This document shows, in pieces, positions 19,454-29,623 of a DNA stretch of 64,000 bases (the first letter of the stretch is position 1; each line of letters opens with the position of its first letter). The stretch comes from Candidatus Latescibacterota bacterium. GTDB taxonomy: Bacteria > Latescibacterota > UBA2968. Location of the stretch: positions 736,001-800,000 of the forward strand of contig OZ242195.1 in NCBI GenBank assembly GCA_965205975.1. Reading direction: 5' to 3'. The notes beneath the pieces are model-generated. The model was not told where the DNA came from and searched no databases. It worked only from the letters and a program-made list of their open reading frames with translations. Both the position numbers and the translations under genes were made by a program.

Positions 19454-20500
19454 TTATTGTGGTACTGCGTCGCTCATGAACGCTTCGTTTCTCACCAGGA
19501 CCTGGAGATCCAGATTTGTCATGGGGAAATCCACCCGGGCGTTGCCCAACCGCTCCGATTCGTGAAGAGAAAGCACCATTTCCAGCGCAGCCCGTCCATC
19601 TTCTCCAGTGGATATTGTGTCCTGATCGCGGTCGAGGCTTTCTGCAATCTCCTCTACTGACAACGGGATCACACATCGGCCTACGTTCGTTGTATTCAGC
19701 TTGTGTTCCTCTGGTATTTCGGGGAATTTTTCCTCTTTATTTTTGACGAAGAGCTTGAACTGCCGTGTATTGGCCACCGTTATCCGCCCCCTGGATCCCA
19801 ACAATTCAAATAGGTGCTGGGCGCTCGCTCCGGTAGATCCATTTACAATGCATTGTACGCCATTCTTAAAATGAAAGTATCCGACGCCACGGGGATCCAG
19901 CGCATCTGGATCCAATAGGTGACCGGTTGCCCACGCGACATCGCCTGCAAAGAAGCGCAGCATGTCAAAATAGTGGGTTCCGTTGTTGGCAAGCCCGGCG
20001 CTGTACTGGAGCGTCATCGCCTGAAGGGAGCCGATTACTTCCTGATTGATTAGCGCCTTGATTTGGCGAAATTGCCAATCCCATCGGCGCGTGTGGTTAA
20101 TGCTCAGCTTTACATTGTTTTTCCGGCAAGCATCAATCATTTCGTCTGCCTCTCGCAATGTAGTCGCCATCGCCTTTTCACAGAATATGGCTTTTACGCC
20201 TGACTGAGCCGCGGCAACGACGATATCCCGATGCGGAATGGGATAGGTGCAAACACTCACGATATCCAGCTTCTCAGTATCCAGCATTTCCCGCCAATCT
20301 GTGTACAGACCCGGAACATCCCATTTGCCTCCAAAACTCTGTCGGCGTTCATCGTCCCGATCTGCTGCTGCGACAATACGGGTTCGATCACAGTGATTGT
20401 AACAACCCGCATGAGTGTTCGGCGTTCCGCGATGTGTTTCTTGCTCCAGTAAACTCGCAATCCTGCCACAGCCGATAACACCAACGTTATAAACTTGCAT
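19454..20500 (-). CDS. Gfo/Idh/MocA oxidoreductase
   Basis: GVIGCGRIA, FCEKAM, NHTRRW, GTHYFD. Confidence 0.92.
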   Translation of the reverse strand: MQVYNVGVIGCGRIASLLEQETHRGTPNTHAGCYNHCDRTRIVAAADRDDERRQSFGGKWDVPGLYTDWREMLDTEKLDIVSVCTYPIPHRDIVVAAAQSGVKAIFCEKAMATTLREADEMIDACRKNNVKLSINHTRRWDWQFRQIKALINQEVIGSLQAMTLQYSAGLANNGTHYFDMLRFFAGDVAWATGHLLDPDALDPRGVGYFHFKNGVQCIVNGSTGASAQHLFELLGSRGRITVANTRQFKLFVKNKEEKFPEIPEEHKLNTTNVGRCVIPLSVEEIAESLDRDQDTISTGEDGRAALEMVLSLHESERLGNARVDFPMTNLDLQVLVRNEAFMSDAVPQ

Positions 20501-20565
20501 AGAAAAGCTCCGGGGAAAATCGTGAGAAGAGATCACTGTATATCGAAAAAAAACCTGATATTACA

Positions 20566-22113
20566 CTAATGTACTCCTAAGGCAAAGAGTTCTCGACGTG
20601 TTTTGGGGTAGTCTTGTTCGATAATTAAATCCAGCAGTCGGTCTCGTAAATGTATCCTGGTCTCCGCAAAGGCGGGATCGGCTACGAGATTATGTTGTTC
20701 ATCCGGATCTTTGAGTAAGTCAAAGAGTTGCTCACCATAACCATCGGGATAGTAGGTGTACCGATATTGATCCGTGCGCACTGTGCGTGCCCATTGACCG
20801 AAATGTATTGAGTTAATGTGATTGTAGCTTTCACAATAAGCAGCCGTTCGCCAATCTTCTGGCGCACCGGTAGCACACAGCGGCAACAGGGACCGGCCTG
20901 GTAGTATCGGAAATTCCCCGGCTTTAATTATGGGGTGATTTGCCTTTTGGGGCACATGTGGCATGTGTTGTCCAGTGGCATCCAGGATGGTCGGGCAAAT
21001 ATCTTCGTGTTGCACAATGGCATCACATGTTAGCCCAGTCGATAATCCGGGTCCTGAAATGATCAAAGGAACCCGAATACACGTATCATAGTGTTTTTCT
21101 TCCTTGGACTTGAAGCCATGATCAAAGCACATCTCGCCGTGATCTGAGAGGAATATGATGTACGTGTTGTCGAGACGGTTGGTGGTTTCGAGGGCTTCCA
21201 GAACACGGCCCAATTGTTCATCCAGGTGACACAGATCAGCAAAGTAACAATGCCGAGCATATTCCCAATCGCCCGTCATAGGCTTACGCCGTGACAGTTC
21301 TTTGGGGGCGTGCGGATCATCTACCCATTCTGCTGGTACTGGTTCTGGTATTTTGTCGATGTTGACACGAGATAAATACTCTGCCGGTACATGAAAAGGA
21401 CCGTGTGGTTGTACATAGCTGATTTGTGCAAAAAACGGCTGATCAGCATCCATATTGTGGATAAAGTTCAGCGCGTGCATCGTAATCCAGTTTGTCTGAC
21501 AGACCTCCTGGGGAAACGGTAAGGTTGAAGCGCCAAACGTATTGCGAGGGTGTTCGTCTGTGGCCCATTGAAAGTCTTTGCGAATATTCTCAATCCGGGT
21601 GCGCAGGTCCCGTTGACCTCGACCGTATGCAGCAAATTCTGGGATCTGAGTTGGCCAGATTGTGGCCAGCACCGCCTCGTAGTGTTCGGGGTGATTTTCT
21701 TCGACCCAGTCCAACCACTCGCCGCCTCTCGAATCCTCTGTGATGTGCGTCTCGTCGAACCCATAAGGCTTGTAATCTGGATAGAGGCCGCGATAATGGG
21801 GTTGAAAATGGACCTTGCCAAAGGCACCGGTGCGCCAGCCGCCTTTTTGAAGCATCTGCATAAAGGTCGGCAATTCGGGGTCTAACTGGTACCCATTTTC
21901 CAACACACCATGACCTCGTGTTGTTAAACCTGTCGCAAACGTCGCGCGTGATGCCATACATACAGGGTTGTTGGCGAAGGCTTGTGCAAAAGTTACACCG
22001 CGTGTTTTTAAACCACGGATATTTGGCAGATCACACACGCCTTCCTCAGACTTTTCTATCCATTTGGCCGATAGTTGGTCGACCATAAAGAGTACAACAT
22101 TGGGGTTATTCAT
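20566..22113 (-). CDS. Sulfatase (CxAxR variant)
   Basis: MVDQ, NPVCMASR, FGKVH, SDHGE; paralogue of 51166-53022 and 53051-54685. Confidence 0.9.
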   Translation of the reverse strand: MNNPNVVLFMVDQLSAKWIEKSEEGVCDLPNIRGLKTRGVTFAQAFANNPVCMASRATFATGLTTRGHGVLENGYQLDPELPTFMQMLQKGGWRTGAFGKVHFQPHYRGLYPDYKPYGFDETHITEDSRGGEWLDWVEENHPEHYEAVLATIWPTQIPEFAAYGRGQRDLRTRIENIRKDFQWATDEHPRNTFGASTLPFPQEVCQTNWITMHALNFIHNMDADQPFFAQISYVQPHGPFHVPAEYLSRVNIDKIPEPVPAEWVDDPHAPKELSRRKPMTGDWEYARHCYFADLCHLDEQLGRVLEALETTNRLDNTYIIFLSDHGEMCFDHGFKSKEEKHYDTCIRVPLIISGPGLSTGLTCDAIVQHEDICPTILDATGQHMPHVPQKANHPIIKAGEFPILPGRSLLPLCATGAPEDWRTAAYCESYNHINSIHFGQWARTVRTDQYRYTYYPDGYGEQLFDLLKDPDEQHNLVADPAFAETRIHLRDRLLDLIIEQDYPKTRRELFALGVH

Positions 22114-22162
22114 TGATTTTCTCCTGCGAAAATTCCATTTAACGCTGAACCATTACATATAT

Positions 22163-22258
22163 CTAAATCACCGGGCTTGGATCTCTCCGCGTAACACCCT
22201 CCTCGAAAGCCACCGCAGTTGCGTATGTAAAGCCATCGAAATGAGCAAATTTACTCAT
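22163..22258 (-). pseudogene. 5' stub of a GH117/GH43-like glycosidase
   Basis: AAAGGAA RBS then MSKFAHFDGFTYATAVAFEEGVTRRDPSPVI*; overlaps the upstream PhyH stop. Confidence 0.6.
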
Positions 22259-23117
22259 ACGTATTCCTTTTTATATTGTAATCGTAGGGCCGGTTTCTGA
22301 AGAGGTAGTCTATCGGTTCATCTACAAAAATTATGTTCGGGTCCAGGTCGCTTTCTGCAAAGGCGGTTTCACAGCCGGTATTGAACCGGAGAGGGGGAGG
22401 ACGACGCATCCAGTGGCATGAGTAGATCGCTGCGATCATGAACCGCGTTTGGTCGGAGAGATTTGGCATTCCCCGGTGCCAGAGCCGGGGATCGCGGATC
22501 AGGATGCTTCCCTTTTTTGTATTTCCCCGAATCGGCGGTGCCACTTTCCGGCGTGCTTCCTGCAGGTGTTCTGCGACCTTGATATCATCTCCAACCACCT
22601 TTTGTGTTTCCAGATGGGAGCCGGGCCAGAGTTCGATACTCCCGTTGACTTCGGTCACTTCGTCCAGGGCAATATTGACAATGACTTTGGACGGCGGGTG
22701 CGCGACATCCAGGTTCGGCCAGAGTTGTCCCGAATCGACATGTACCGGCTGGCGTTCGCTGCCCGGCAAGTTGGTGTTGCCGGTATAGCGATTGTTGAAG
22801 ATCCCTTCGCCGAGCAGGGATTTGGAGATCTGGACCACATAGGGGTTCGCCATAACGTCGCGAAAGACGTACGGGGGGAAGGGGGGCGGGTCTTGCTGGA
22901 CGTTTCCCCAGACGAAGTTATGGGGTGGCGCAGGGGCATTCAGGATCTTCTCTATGTCTTCGGTCATCCGCTCACAGAGAAGATCGAGGTGTTCGTGCGC
23001 GACCACTGCATTGAGGATGATGTAGCCTTCCGTTCGAATGGCATTGAGGGCCTGTTTCAGGTGCGCGTCGGTAAGCGATTCGGCTGCGCACTCTTCCGGT
23101 GTGACGGTGATTTCCAC
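22251..23117 (-). CDS. PhyH-family dioxygenase
   Basis: QPVHVD, NGSIELWPGSH, RLWHRG; GTG start. Confidence 0.9.
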   Translation of the reverse strand: MEITVTPEECAAESLTDAHLKQALNAIRTEGYIILNAVVAHEHLDLLCERMTEDIEKILNAPAPPHNFVWGNVQQDPPPFPPYVFRDVMANPYVVQISKSLLGEGIFNNRYTGNTNLPGSERQPVHVDSGQLWPNLDVAHPPSKVIVNIALDEVTEVNGSIELWPGSHLETQKVVGDDIKVAEHLQEARRKVAPPIRGNTKKGSILIRDPRLWHRGMPNLSDQTRFMIAAIYSCHWMRRPPPLRFNTGCETAFAESDLDPNIIFVDEPIDYLFRNRPYDYNIKRNTYE

Positions 23118-23130
23118 GGCTACTCATCTC
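23113..23130 (-). repeat. Direct repeat B1: RBS and GTG start of the PhyH gene
   Basis: TCCACGGCTACTCATCTC, identical to 34533-34550. Confidence 0.8.
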
Positions 23131-23155
23131 CATTTGAGAAATGCTGGACGCTTTC

Positions 23156-24001
23156 TCAAATTCGTGCGAATTTTTGCAGTCGGTTGGGTTGGCGGGGCAC
23201 TTCGGTGACGTAAATATCACCGCGACTATCAACACAGATGCCGTGCGCGGGATCGATAAACTGCCCGGGATCTGAGCCTTCCTCGCCCCATCTTGCCAGC
23301 AGAGCACCATCCAGGTCAAAAATGCTGACGCGCTGGGGCGATTCGGCAATATAGACAATATGATCTGCATCGATGTGAATGTTATTTGGAGATTGGATAT
23401 CTGTCCACTCCTCCAGAAAGTTCCCATCAAAATCGAAAAGCTGAATACGGTGGTTTTCCCGGTCACTTACAAGCACACGATCGCGTGGGTCAATGCACAA
23501 ATCGTGTGGCAGGGCAAACTGGCCGGGTCCCGTGCCTTCCTCGCCCCAGGAAAGAATCCGATCGCCGTTCGCTGAAAAACGATGTACCCGGTGCTGGCCG
23601 TATCCATCCGAAACAAAAATCTCACCTGAGGGCGTGGCCATTGCCTTGGTTGGCCTGTTGAACGGTTCGCCCGGTGAACCTGTCTGGCCTGGCATACCCA
23701 GGGTCTGAAGCACTTCTCCATCCGTGCTGAAGATACGCACCGTATGATCGTCAACATCCGCACAATAAATCCGATCCGCCGGATCAATCCAGATATTGTG
23801 CGGATTTGAGAGCACATCATCACCCCATGCACCGAGAAAGCGACCTTCCGAATCGTAAACCAGAATACCCGCAGGCTCTCGCAGGGTGACATAAACGCGA
23901 TCCTGCGAGTCAACTGCCACATCGGGTACGACCCCACCCATCTCTTTCCCTTCAGGGCCTCGCCCCCACCCTTCGACCACGCGGTATTGATAAGTTGCCA
24001 C
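23156..24001 (-). CDS. NHL-repeat protein (peptidyl-alpha-hydroxyglycine lyase-like)
   Basis: FNRPT, VSDGYG, GQFALPH, DRENHRIQ repeats. Confidence 0.88.
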   Translation of the reverse strand: MATYQYRVVEGWGRGPEGKEMGGVVPDVAVDSQDRVYVTLREPAGILVYDSEGRFLGAWGDDVLSNPHNIWIDPADRIYCADVDDHTVRIFSTDGEVLQTLGMPGQTGSPGEPFNRPTKAMATPSGEIFVSDGYGQHRVHRFSANGDRILSWGEEGTGPGQFALPHDLCIDPRDRVLVSDRENHRIQLFDFDGNFLEEWTDIQSPNNIHIDADHIVYIAESPQRVSIFDLDGALLARWGEEGSDPGQFIDPAHGICVDSRGDIYVTEVPRQPNRLQKFARI

Positions 24002-24027
24002 TGTGTACTCCTTTCAGATATGCCCGA

Positions 24028-24855
24028 CTACCTGTCCAGTTTAACCCAATCGGGCCAAACGCTGGCAAAAAATGCCCGCTGGATGCCTCGTACGCTCTCT
24101 CCGCCGTCAACAACGAGATTGGAGCCTACACTGAAATTGCCGGCTTGCGAAGCGAGAAAGATGGCCATGCCTGCGACGTTTTCTTTCTCCCCAACCCGCT
24201 TGCCCGGAATGCTCTTCTTCATCGCGTCTGTGTGATCCCGGGCCACCTTATTCAAATCGCTGGGAAAATCACCAGGGGAGATGGTATTGACTTGAATCCC
24301 TTCCCAGGCCAAACTATCACCCAGGTGTCGGCCCAAATGGATCACACCTGCTTTGCTGGCTCCATAGGCATAATTGTAAGCTGTGTTGAGTTTACCACAG
24401 CCGTCGATAGACGCGATATTGATCACATTGCGTGGTGTTTCTGGCGAAGCCCCCACGCGCAGGAATGGCAGAAATGCCTGGGTCATAAAAAAGATGCTTT
24501 TTAGATTGAGATCCATCACCGCGTCCCATGTTTCCTCCGTCACATCCTCGATCTCCCTGCGACCATCGCTGATTCCAGCGTTGTTGACCAAAATATCGAG
24601 CGACTGTTCTCGTTCACCGTAAGCCTTTGCCAGCGCCTTGATTCCGGAGACTGAACTTACATCGGCTGCTATGTACTCGCAGGAGCCGATTTGTGCAAGT
24701 TCCGCCTGCTTCTTTTTTAGAACGTCTTCTCTGCGCGCGACAATGTAAACCTTCGCCCCAAAATTGACAAAGCCTTCGGCGATCATCGCTCCGATGCCGG
24801 TCGAACCACCAGTCACCAGTGCGGTTTTTCCCGCCAGTGAAAATAGATCTCTCAT
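24028..24855 (-). CDS. Short-chain dehydrogenase/reductase
   Basis: TGGSTGIG, NNAG, YGASK. Confidence 0.93.
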   Translation of the reverse strand: MRDLFSLAGKTALVTGGSTGIGAMIAEGFVNFGAKVYIVARREDVLKKKQAELAQIGSCEYIAADVSSVSGIKALAKAYGEREQSLDILVNNAGISDGRREIEDVTEETWDAVMDLNLKSIFFMTQAFLPFLRVGASPETPRNVINIASIDGCGKLNTAYNYAYGASKAGVIHLGRHLGDSLAWEGIQVNTISPGDFPSDLNKVARDHTDAMKKSIPGKRVGEKENVAGMAIFLASQAGNFSVGSNLVVDGGESVRGIQRAFFASVWPDWVKLDR

Positions 24856-24903
24856 TTTCGTTTCTCCGTGAGTTGGGCAATCTGTCGATGTTCGGCTGTC
24901 TGA

Positions 24904-25614
24904 TTACACATCCCATCGCCACGTATTGCGACAGGCAAGCCGTGGATACTCATTCACGTTCTTGCTTCCCGCGTGTACAAAAAAGTTTTGGTAAAACAGA
25001 ATGTCTCCACGCTTCGCCACCACTTCCACACCTTCGCCAATATCCACCTTATGCATATCCGAATTCACGTCCCACAGATAGGGATACTTCTCTGGATTGC
25101 TCTCTGCAAGACCCCGCATCTTTTTATGTGAACCCGGCCATCCAAACGTGCAACCTCCATGCGATTCTGTATCACTCAAATACAAAATTGAATGCACACT
25201 GATTGGAATCGGAAACGTCACATTAAACTTCTCCCGGTTGGTTCCGCCATCGAAGTGAGGTTTCTGGTGGCTCCATTCCCCTTCCGTCGGAAACGTGTTC
25301 TGCGTCAGAATATCCTTCGGTGCGTGGATCTCCTCACGTCCCACACCCGTCAATTCAGAAAGTACGGTCAAAATATCATCCGTATAACACGCTAAGATAT
25401 CCGGCGCGCCCAATCTACGATTTTCCGGCAATGCGCGATGCCGTTGACTAATCGCATGCGCTGACACGCGGTCCCAGGTTTCAGGATCGTCACGGTCCAT
25501 TCCCAGAGCCGCCCACATCGCGTCTTCACCCTTGCGAGCTACATCCTCAGAAATCAAACCCGACGCCAGCAAATACCCTTCTTCGCGAAACTGCTTCTTC
25601 TGCTCATCTGTCAT
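24904..25614 (-). CDS. PhyH-family dioxygenase
   Basis: FREEGYL, PHFDG, WPGSH, FVHAG. Confidence 0.87.
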   Translation of the reverse strand: MTDEQKKQFREEGYLLASGLISEDVARKGEDAMWAALGMDRDDPETWDRVSAHAISQRHRALPENRRLGAPDILACYTDDILTVLSELTGVGREEIHAPKDILTQNTFPTEGEWSHQKPHFDGGTNREKFNVTFPIPISVHSILYLSDTESHGGCTFGWPGSHKKMRGLAESNPEKYPYLWDVNSDMHKVDIGEGVEVVAKRGDILFYQNFFVHAGSKNVNEYPRLACRNTWRWDV

Positions 25615-25623
25615 TATTTGCTC

Positions 25624-26970
25624 CTAATTCTGTTGTGCAGGTCTGTTTCTATTTCTCCGAGGTCTTCTAATCCTCGGTGCCATCTGGCTTCTCCATGCCT
25701 TGAATTTTTTTTGTAGTCGCTGAACAATTTCCGGTTGTTGGTTTGCCAGATCGTTTTTCTCACCTATATCTGCATCCAGATCGTACAATTCCAGCTTCTT
25801 AGACCTGCTAAATGTAAGCTTCCATTTCCCTTCTCGAATCGCCCAGGTTCCCGAATCGCCATCCCAATACAACGCATCGTGCAATGCCCCTTCTGTTTTA
25901 CCTTGCAAGACTGGCAACATATTTTTGCCATCGTAGATACGGTCTTCGGGCAATGGAATGCCAACAGCGGCACAGACAGTCGGCAAAATATCCATACAAA
26001 TAACCGGTTCATCACACACACCACCTGCTTCCAAATGCCCTGGCCAGGACACGAGAAACGGCACGCGTAGCCCTCCCTCATAGACATTTTGCTTGTAACC
26101 GCGCAGGGGCATATTGTTTGCATTTGTGGCTCTTGCACCACCATTATCTGAAAAATAAAAGATGAGTGTATTTTCCCACACGCCACTGGTCTTGAGTGCT
26201 GCCACCACATCGCCAACAGCGATATCCATTCTTTTGAGCATGCCCATCAAGATATCGCGTTTGGAGTCTCCTGTATTAAATTGTTTGATATCCTCTTCGG
26301 GAGCTTGCAATGGCGCATGCACGGCATTAAAAGGAAGATAAAGGAAGAATGGGTCGTTTTTGTTTCGTTCAATGAAGCCAACAGCCTCTCGCGCCAGATT
26401 ATCGGTCAAGTACCCGATATCATTGATAATCTCGTTATTTCGATAGATCGCATTATGGGCTCTGTCCTCTTTATAATTCAAATCAAAATAGTCGTGCCCT
26501 CCATGCCCTAAAAATCCGTAAAATTCATCAAATCCGCGGTTGTTTGGATGATATTCAGGCGTCAAACCCAAATGCCATTTTCCAAATACCCCCGTCCTGT
26601 ATCCCGCTTTTTTGAGTAGATCTGCAAGTGTAATTTCATCAACCGGCATACCGGCGCGTGAGTCACTGGCCGTATAAAAACCAAAGCGCTGTTGGTATCG
26701 ACCGGTCATCAAACCCGCTCTGGTGGGCGCACATACAAAGGCACTGGCATATCCATTTGTCATTCGAATGCCCGAGTTGGCCAGTGCGTCGATATGCGGT
26801 GTATGGACTTCTGGGGGATGTGCCTGGTAACTCACATCTCCAAAGCCCTGGTCGTCTGACAAAATCACCACAATGTTTGGACGTTTGGCATCTTCGGCCC
26901 ATATAAAAGGACTTGCTATCATTCCAGATACTCCTATTCCCAATGCTTTTAAAGCTGCGCGTCGATCCAT
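25624..26970 (-). CDS. Tat-exported arylsulfatase
   Basis: MDRRAALK twin-arginine signal, DDQG, CAPTR, GKWHLG, SDNG; AAGGAG RBS. Confidence 0.9.
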   Translation of the reverse strand: MDRRAALKALGIGVSGMIASPFIWAEDAKRPNIVVILSDDQGFGDVSYQAHPPEVHTPHIDALANSGIRMTNGYASAFVCAPTRAGLMTGRYQQRFGFYTASDSRAGMPVDEITLADLLKKAGYRTGVFGKWHLGLTPEYHPNNRGFDEFYGFLGHGGHDYFDLNYKEDRAHNAIYRNNEIINDIGYLTDNLAREAVGFIERNKNDPFFLYLPFNAVHAPLQAPEEDIKQFNTGDSKRDILMGMLKRMDIAVGDVVAALKTSGVWENTLIFYFSDNGGARATNANNMPLRGYKQNVYEGGLRVPFLVSWPGHLEAGGVCDEPVICMDILPTVCAAVGIPLPEDRIYDGKNMLPVLQGKTEGALHDALYWDGDSGTWAIREGKWKLTFSRSKKLELYDLDADIGEKNDLANQQPEIVQRLQKKFKAWRSQMAPRIRRPRRNRNRPAQQN

Positions 26971-27083
26971 ATTGTAACGCTCCTTTTGATGGGTGTAGAA
27001 TGAGATGTCGATCCCACCGCGCATGCGAATTTCATCCCCAAATCGGGTAATAATCCTTCCTGATTTGATGGATACACGCCAGA

Positions 27084-27176
27084 CTACGCTGCACAAAAGA
27101 ATATATCCCATTTGAAGTGGAACGCATAGTGGAAGATACACTGGCCGAGAGCCTCGAAGAAGTCCTCCTTATCCAT
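27084..27176 (-). pseudogene. 30-aa ORF or stub immediately after the AAA gene
   Basis: ATG 2 nt after the AAA stop: MDKEDFFEALGQCIFHYAFHFKWDIFFCAA*. Confidence 0.3.
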
Positions 27177-27178
27177 AA

Positions 27179-29242
27179 TCAAAAGCCCGTCTTGCGCGAA
27201 TAGTTCGGCTTGGCCTCGCACTCGGCGCACAACAATTCGGCGAGTGCCTCCGCGTCTTGCAGGTGGCCGAGGATTTCGGCTTTTCGGCGGACTACGGCGA
27301 AATCGCCGGGGGTCAGGGTGGCGAGGTCTCCGATTTCGGGTGGAGCTTCGAGCGCGAAATAGGTGCGGAACGCCGCTTGCGACTGGTCGGGGGTGAGATA
27401 ATCGAGCGCGATCTTGAAGGTGAAGCGGCGCAGGGTGGCCGGGTCGAGGTTTTCGCCGAAGTTGGTCGTACATGCGAACGGCAGGGGGTGGCTCTCCATC
27501 CACGTCAGCATTTCGTTGACTTGGCTGACCTCCCAAGAGCGCACGGCATCTCGGCGGGCGGCGAGCAGGGAGTCGGCTTCGTCGAAGACGAGGATGGTGC
27601 CTTCGGCGCGGGCCTCGGCAAAGGCGTCCGCGATTCGCTGTTCGGTTTGGCCGACCCACATCGACATCAGGTCGGAAGCCCGCTTTTGGGTGACTTGGAG
27701 GCCGAGTCGTTCGGATAGGTAGCGGACGAATGCACTCTTGCCGGTGCCGGGTGGACCTTGCAGACAGAGGGAAAAATGCTTGCCGCCGCTTTTTGCGATG
27801 CGATCTGCGAAGCTGACCGGGTCAATGTCGGCTCGGACTAAGGCGAGGTCGAATTTTTCGGGAGGCCCCTGATTTGCGGGGGGCTTCTCGCCATTAATCA
27901 CTTGGGACAGGCTACGGATGCCGAGGCGCACGGTGGCGAGGTCGCCGCCGCAGAGACTCGCGGACGCAATGGCACTGGACGCCACGCCTGGGGTCACGTC
28001 GAATTCTTGGGCCAGGGTTTGGGCGTCTTCTGCGGTTGCGTCGATGTGGTGACGCGCTAACTCTCGCTGCCAGATGCGCGCCCGCACTTTGGGCGGTGGT
28101 TGGCGCAACTCTAGGGCAAAGCTCATGCGGCGCAGGAGGGCATGGTCGGTCTCTCGAGCGGAGTTTGAGGTCCACAGCGTGGGAACCGGTGCGCGTTCGA
28201 GCAGCCGGTTTAGGAACACTTTGGAGCTGTTGGAGCGGAGGCGACCGAACGACGCGAATGGGAACCAACCCGCTGGGTCCGAAAGCAGGTCCTCCATTTC
28301 GTCGAAGAGTAGGATGGACTTGCGGCTTGGCGCGAGGAGGTGTTGAGCGAGCCGGAGTTCTTGTAGCCGTTCGCGCCGGTTGGGATCGCAGCCTCGCTCG
28401 TCCTCTTCGCCGACGCTGTAGAGATTGACCTCTATCTGGGCGGCCAGCGTCTTGCAAAACTCGGTTTTGCCGGTGCCCGGTGGGCCGTACACCAAGATGT
28501 TTACACCCGCTTTGCCAGCGGTGAGTGCGCCTTTGACCAATTTTTCGATGTGGTCGCGTTTCTCTGCTACGTGGTCGAAGTCCGACCACTTTAGCTCGCT
28601 TGGGGGCGCCGCGTCGAGCAACAGGCTACACACGTCGCAGGTGCGGGTCTCTGGGGCGGAAAATAGCCGGAGCAATCGCCTGACGACTTCGATATCGCCA
28701 TCTTGTTCCACGAACATAAGCCCGGACTTCACGAGCGGTGCATTGGCCGCGAAGCGGGCGCGGAATGCGCTGTCCGATAGGCCGAGCAGGCAGGGTAGGA
28801 CGGGGTGCATGGTGTTGAAGAAGCGATGTCTGTGATGGTAGCGACGGCCAGATTCCAAAGAATCGCTCAGATCCGTAAAGATCGGCTGGGTTTCGCAGCG
28901 GGCCCAAATTTCTATGAGCGCGAGGTCGGCGGGTGCGAGGTCCATTTCCCGCCCAAGCCGCTGGAGTTGTCGCGCCATGCGGTCTTTTCGCGCCTTTTTG
29001 CGGGCGGCTGCGTACTCTTTTTTAATAATCTCCCGCAGGACCTTCCAATCCCGAGCGGACAATTTTTTTTCGCGATGCTCCCACAGGTCGCTCAGCACTT
29101 CGTTCTCGTCAGCGAGCGCGAGGATGTCGCGGTTATCGGCCATCCAACTGGCCAGGGCCTCCTGTTGGTAGGTGTTGTGGAAGCGCGAGGCGGCGTTGGA
29201 AAGATAAAAGAGAACAAGCTGTCGTTCGTAGGCGTTGAGCAT
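27179..29242 (-). CDS. Double-AAA+ ATPase (two classic AAA modules plus N-terminal domain)
   Basis: GPPGTGKT/ILLFDE and GPPGTGKS/LVFDE, LRRF arginine fingers; 687 aa. Confidence 0.92.
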   Translation of the reverse strand: MLNAYERQLVLFYLSNAASRFHNTYQQEALASWMADNRDILALADENEVLSDLWEHREKKLSARDWKVLREIIKKEYAAARKKARKDRMARQLQRLGREMDLAPADLALIEIWARCETQPIFTDLSDSLESGRRYHHRHRFFNTMHPVLPCLLGLSDSAFRARFAANAPLVKSGLMFVEQDGDIEVVRRLLRLFSAPETRTCDVCSLLLDAAPPSELKWSDFDHVAEKRDHIEKLVKGALTAGKAGVNILVYGPPGTGKTEFCKTLAAQIEVNLYSVGEEDERGCDPNRRERLQELRLAQHLLAPSRKSILLFDEMEDLLSDPAGWFPFASFGRLRSNSSKVFLNRLLERAPVPTLWTSNSARETDHALLRRMSFALELRQPPPKVRARIWQRELARHHIDATAEDAQTLAQEFDVTPGVASSAIASASLCGGDLATVRLGIRSLSQVINGEKPPANQGPPEKFDLALVRADIDPVSFADRIAKSGGKHFSLCLQGPPGTGKSAFVRYLSERLGLQVTQKRASDLMSMWVGQTEQRIADAFAEARAEGTILVFDEADSLLAARRDAVRSWEVSQVNEMLTWMESHPLPFACTTNFGENLDPATLRRFTFKIALDYLTPDQSQAAFRTYFALEAPPEIGDLATLTPGDFAVVRRKAEILGHLQDAEALAELLCAECEAKPNYSRKTGF

Positions 29243-29347
29243 GGTCCTTTCCTCCAGATGAAGTGAAACGTCAAAATCTCTAACTCACTGTTCACAATGC
29301 AAAATGTGTGCATACTGCATTGTATGGCAGGAGTAGTGTTTATAGGA

Positions 29348-29381
29348 AACTTACATAGGAGGTGCGACAGATCGCGTCGCG
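29348..29381 (-). promoter_or_regulatory. WYL-box promoter 2 (upstream of the AAA gene)
   Basis: Palindrome GCGAC-N7-GTCGC (29364-29380); minus strand reads TGTCGC-N10-TAAGTT; A/T tract upstream. Confidence 0.75.
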
Positions 29382-29623
29382 GGAGAAATTTTTTATAAAA
29401 AGATCAATTTTCGTCAAAATCGTCCGTCTAATCGCCTTTCCGGCCAAGGGCTATCGGACCGAGAGAGGGGTCTTGCAATAGGTGCTGGATGGTCTAAGAG
29501 AATTTGTCGAGAAAGATCGGCGTAGGAGGGTGCTTGGGACGCGCCTGTAGCGCTGGATTGGTAGAAAGAGGGAGGCCGTGTATGGTGTCAGAGGGCTACT
29601 TAGTGGTAGAGATGTTGCAGCTA

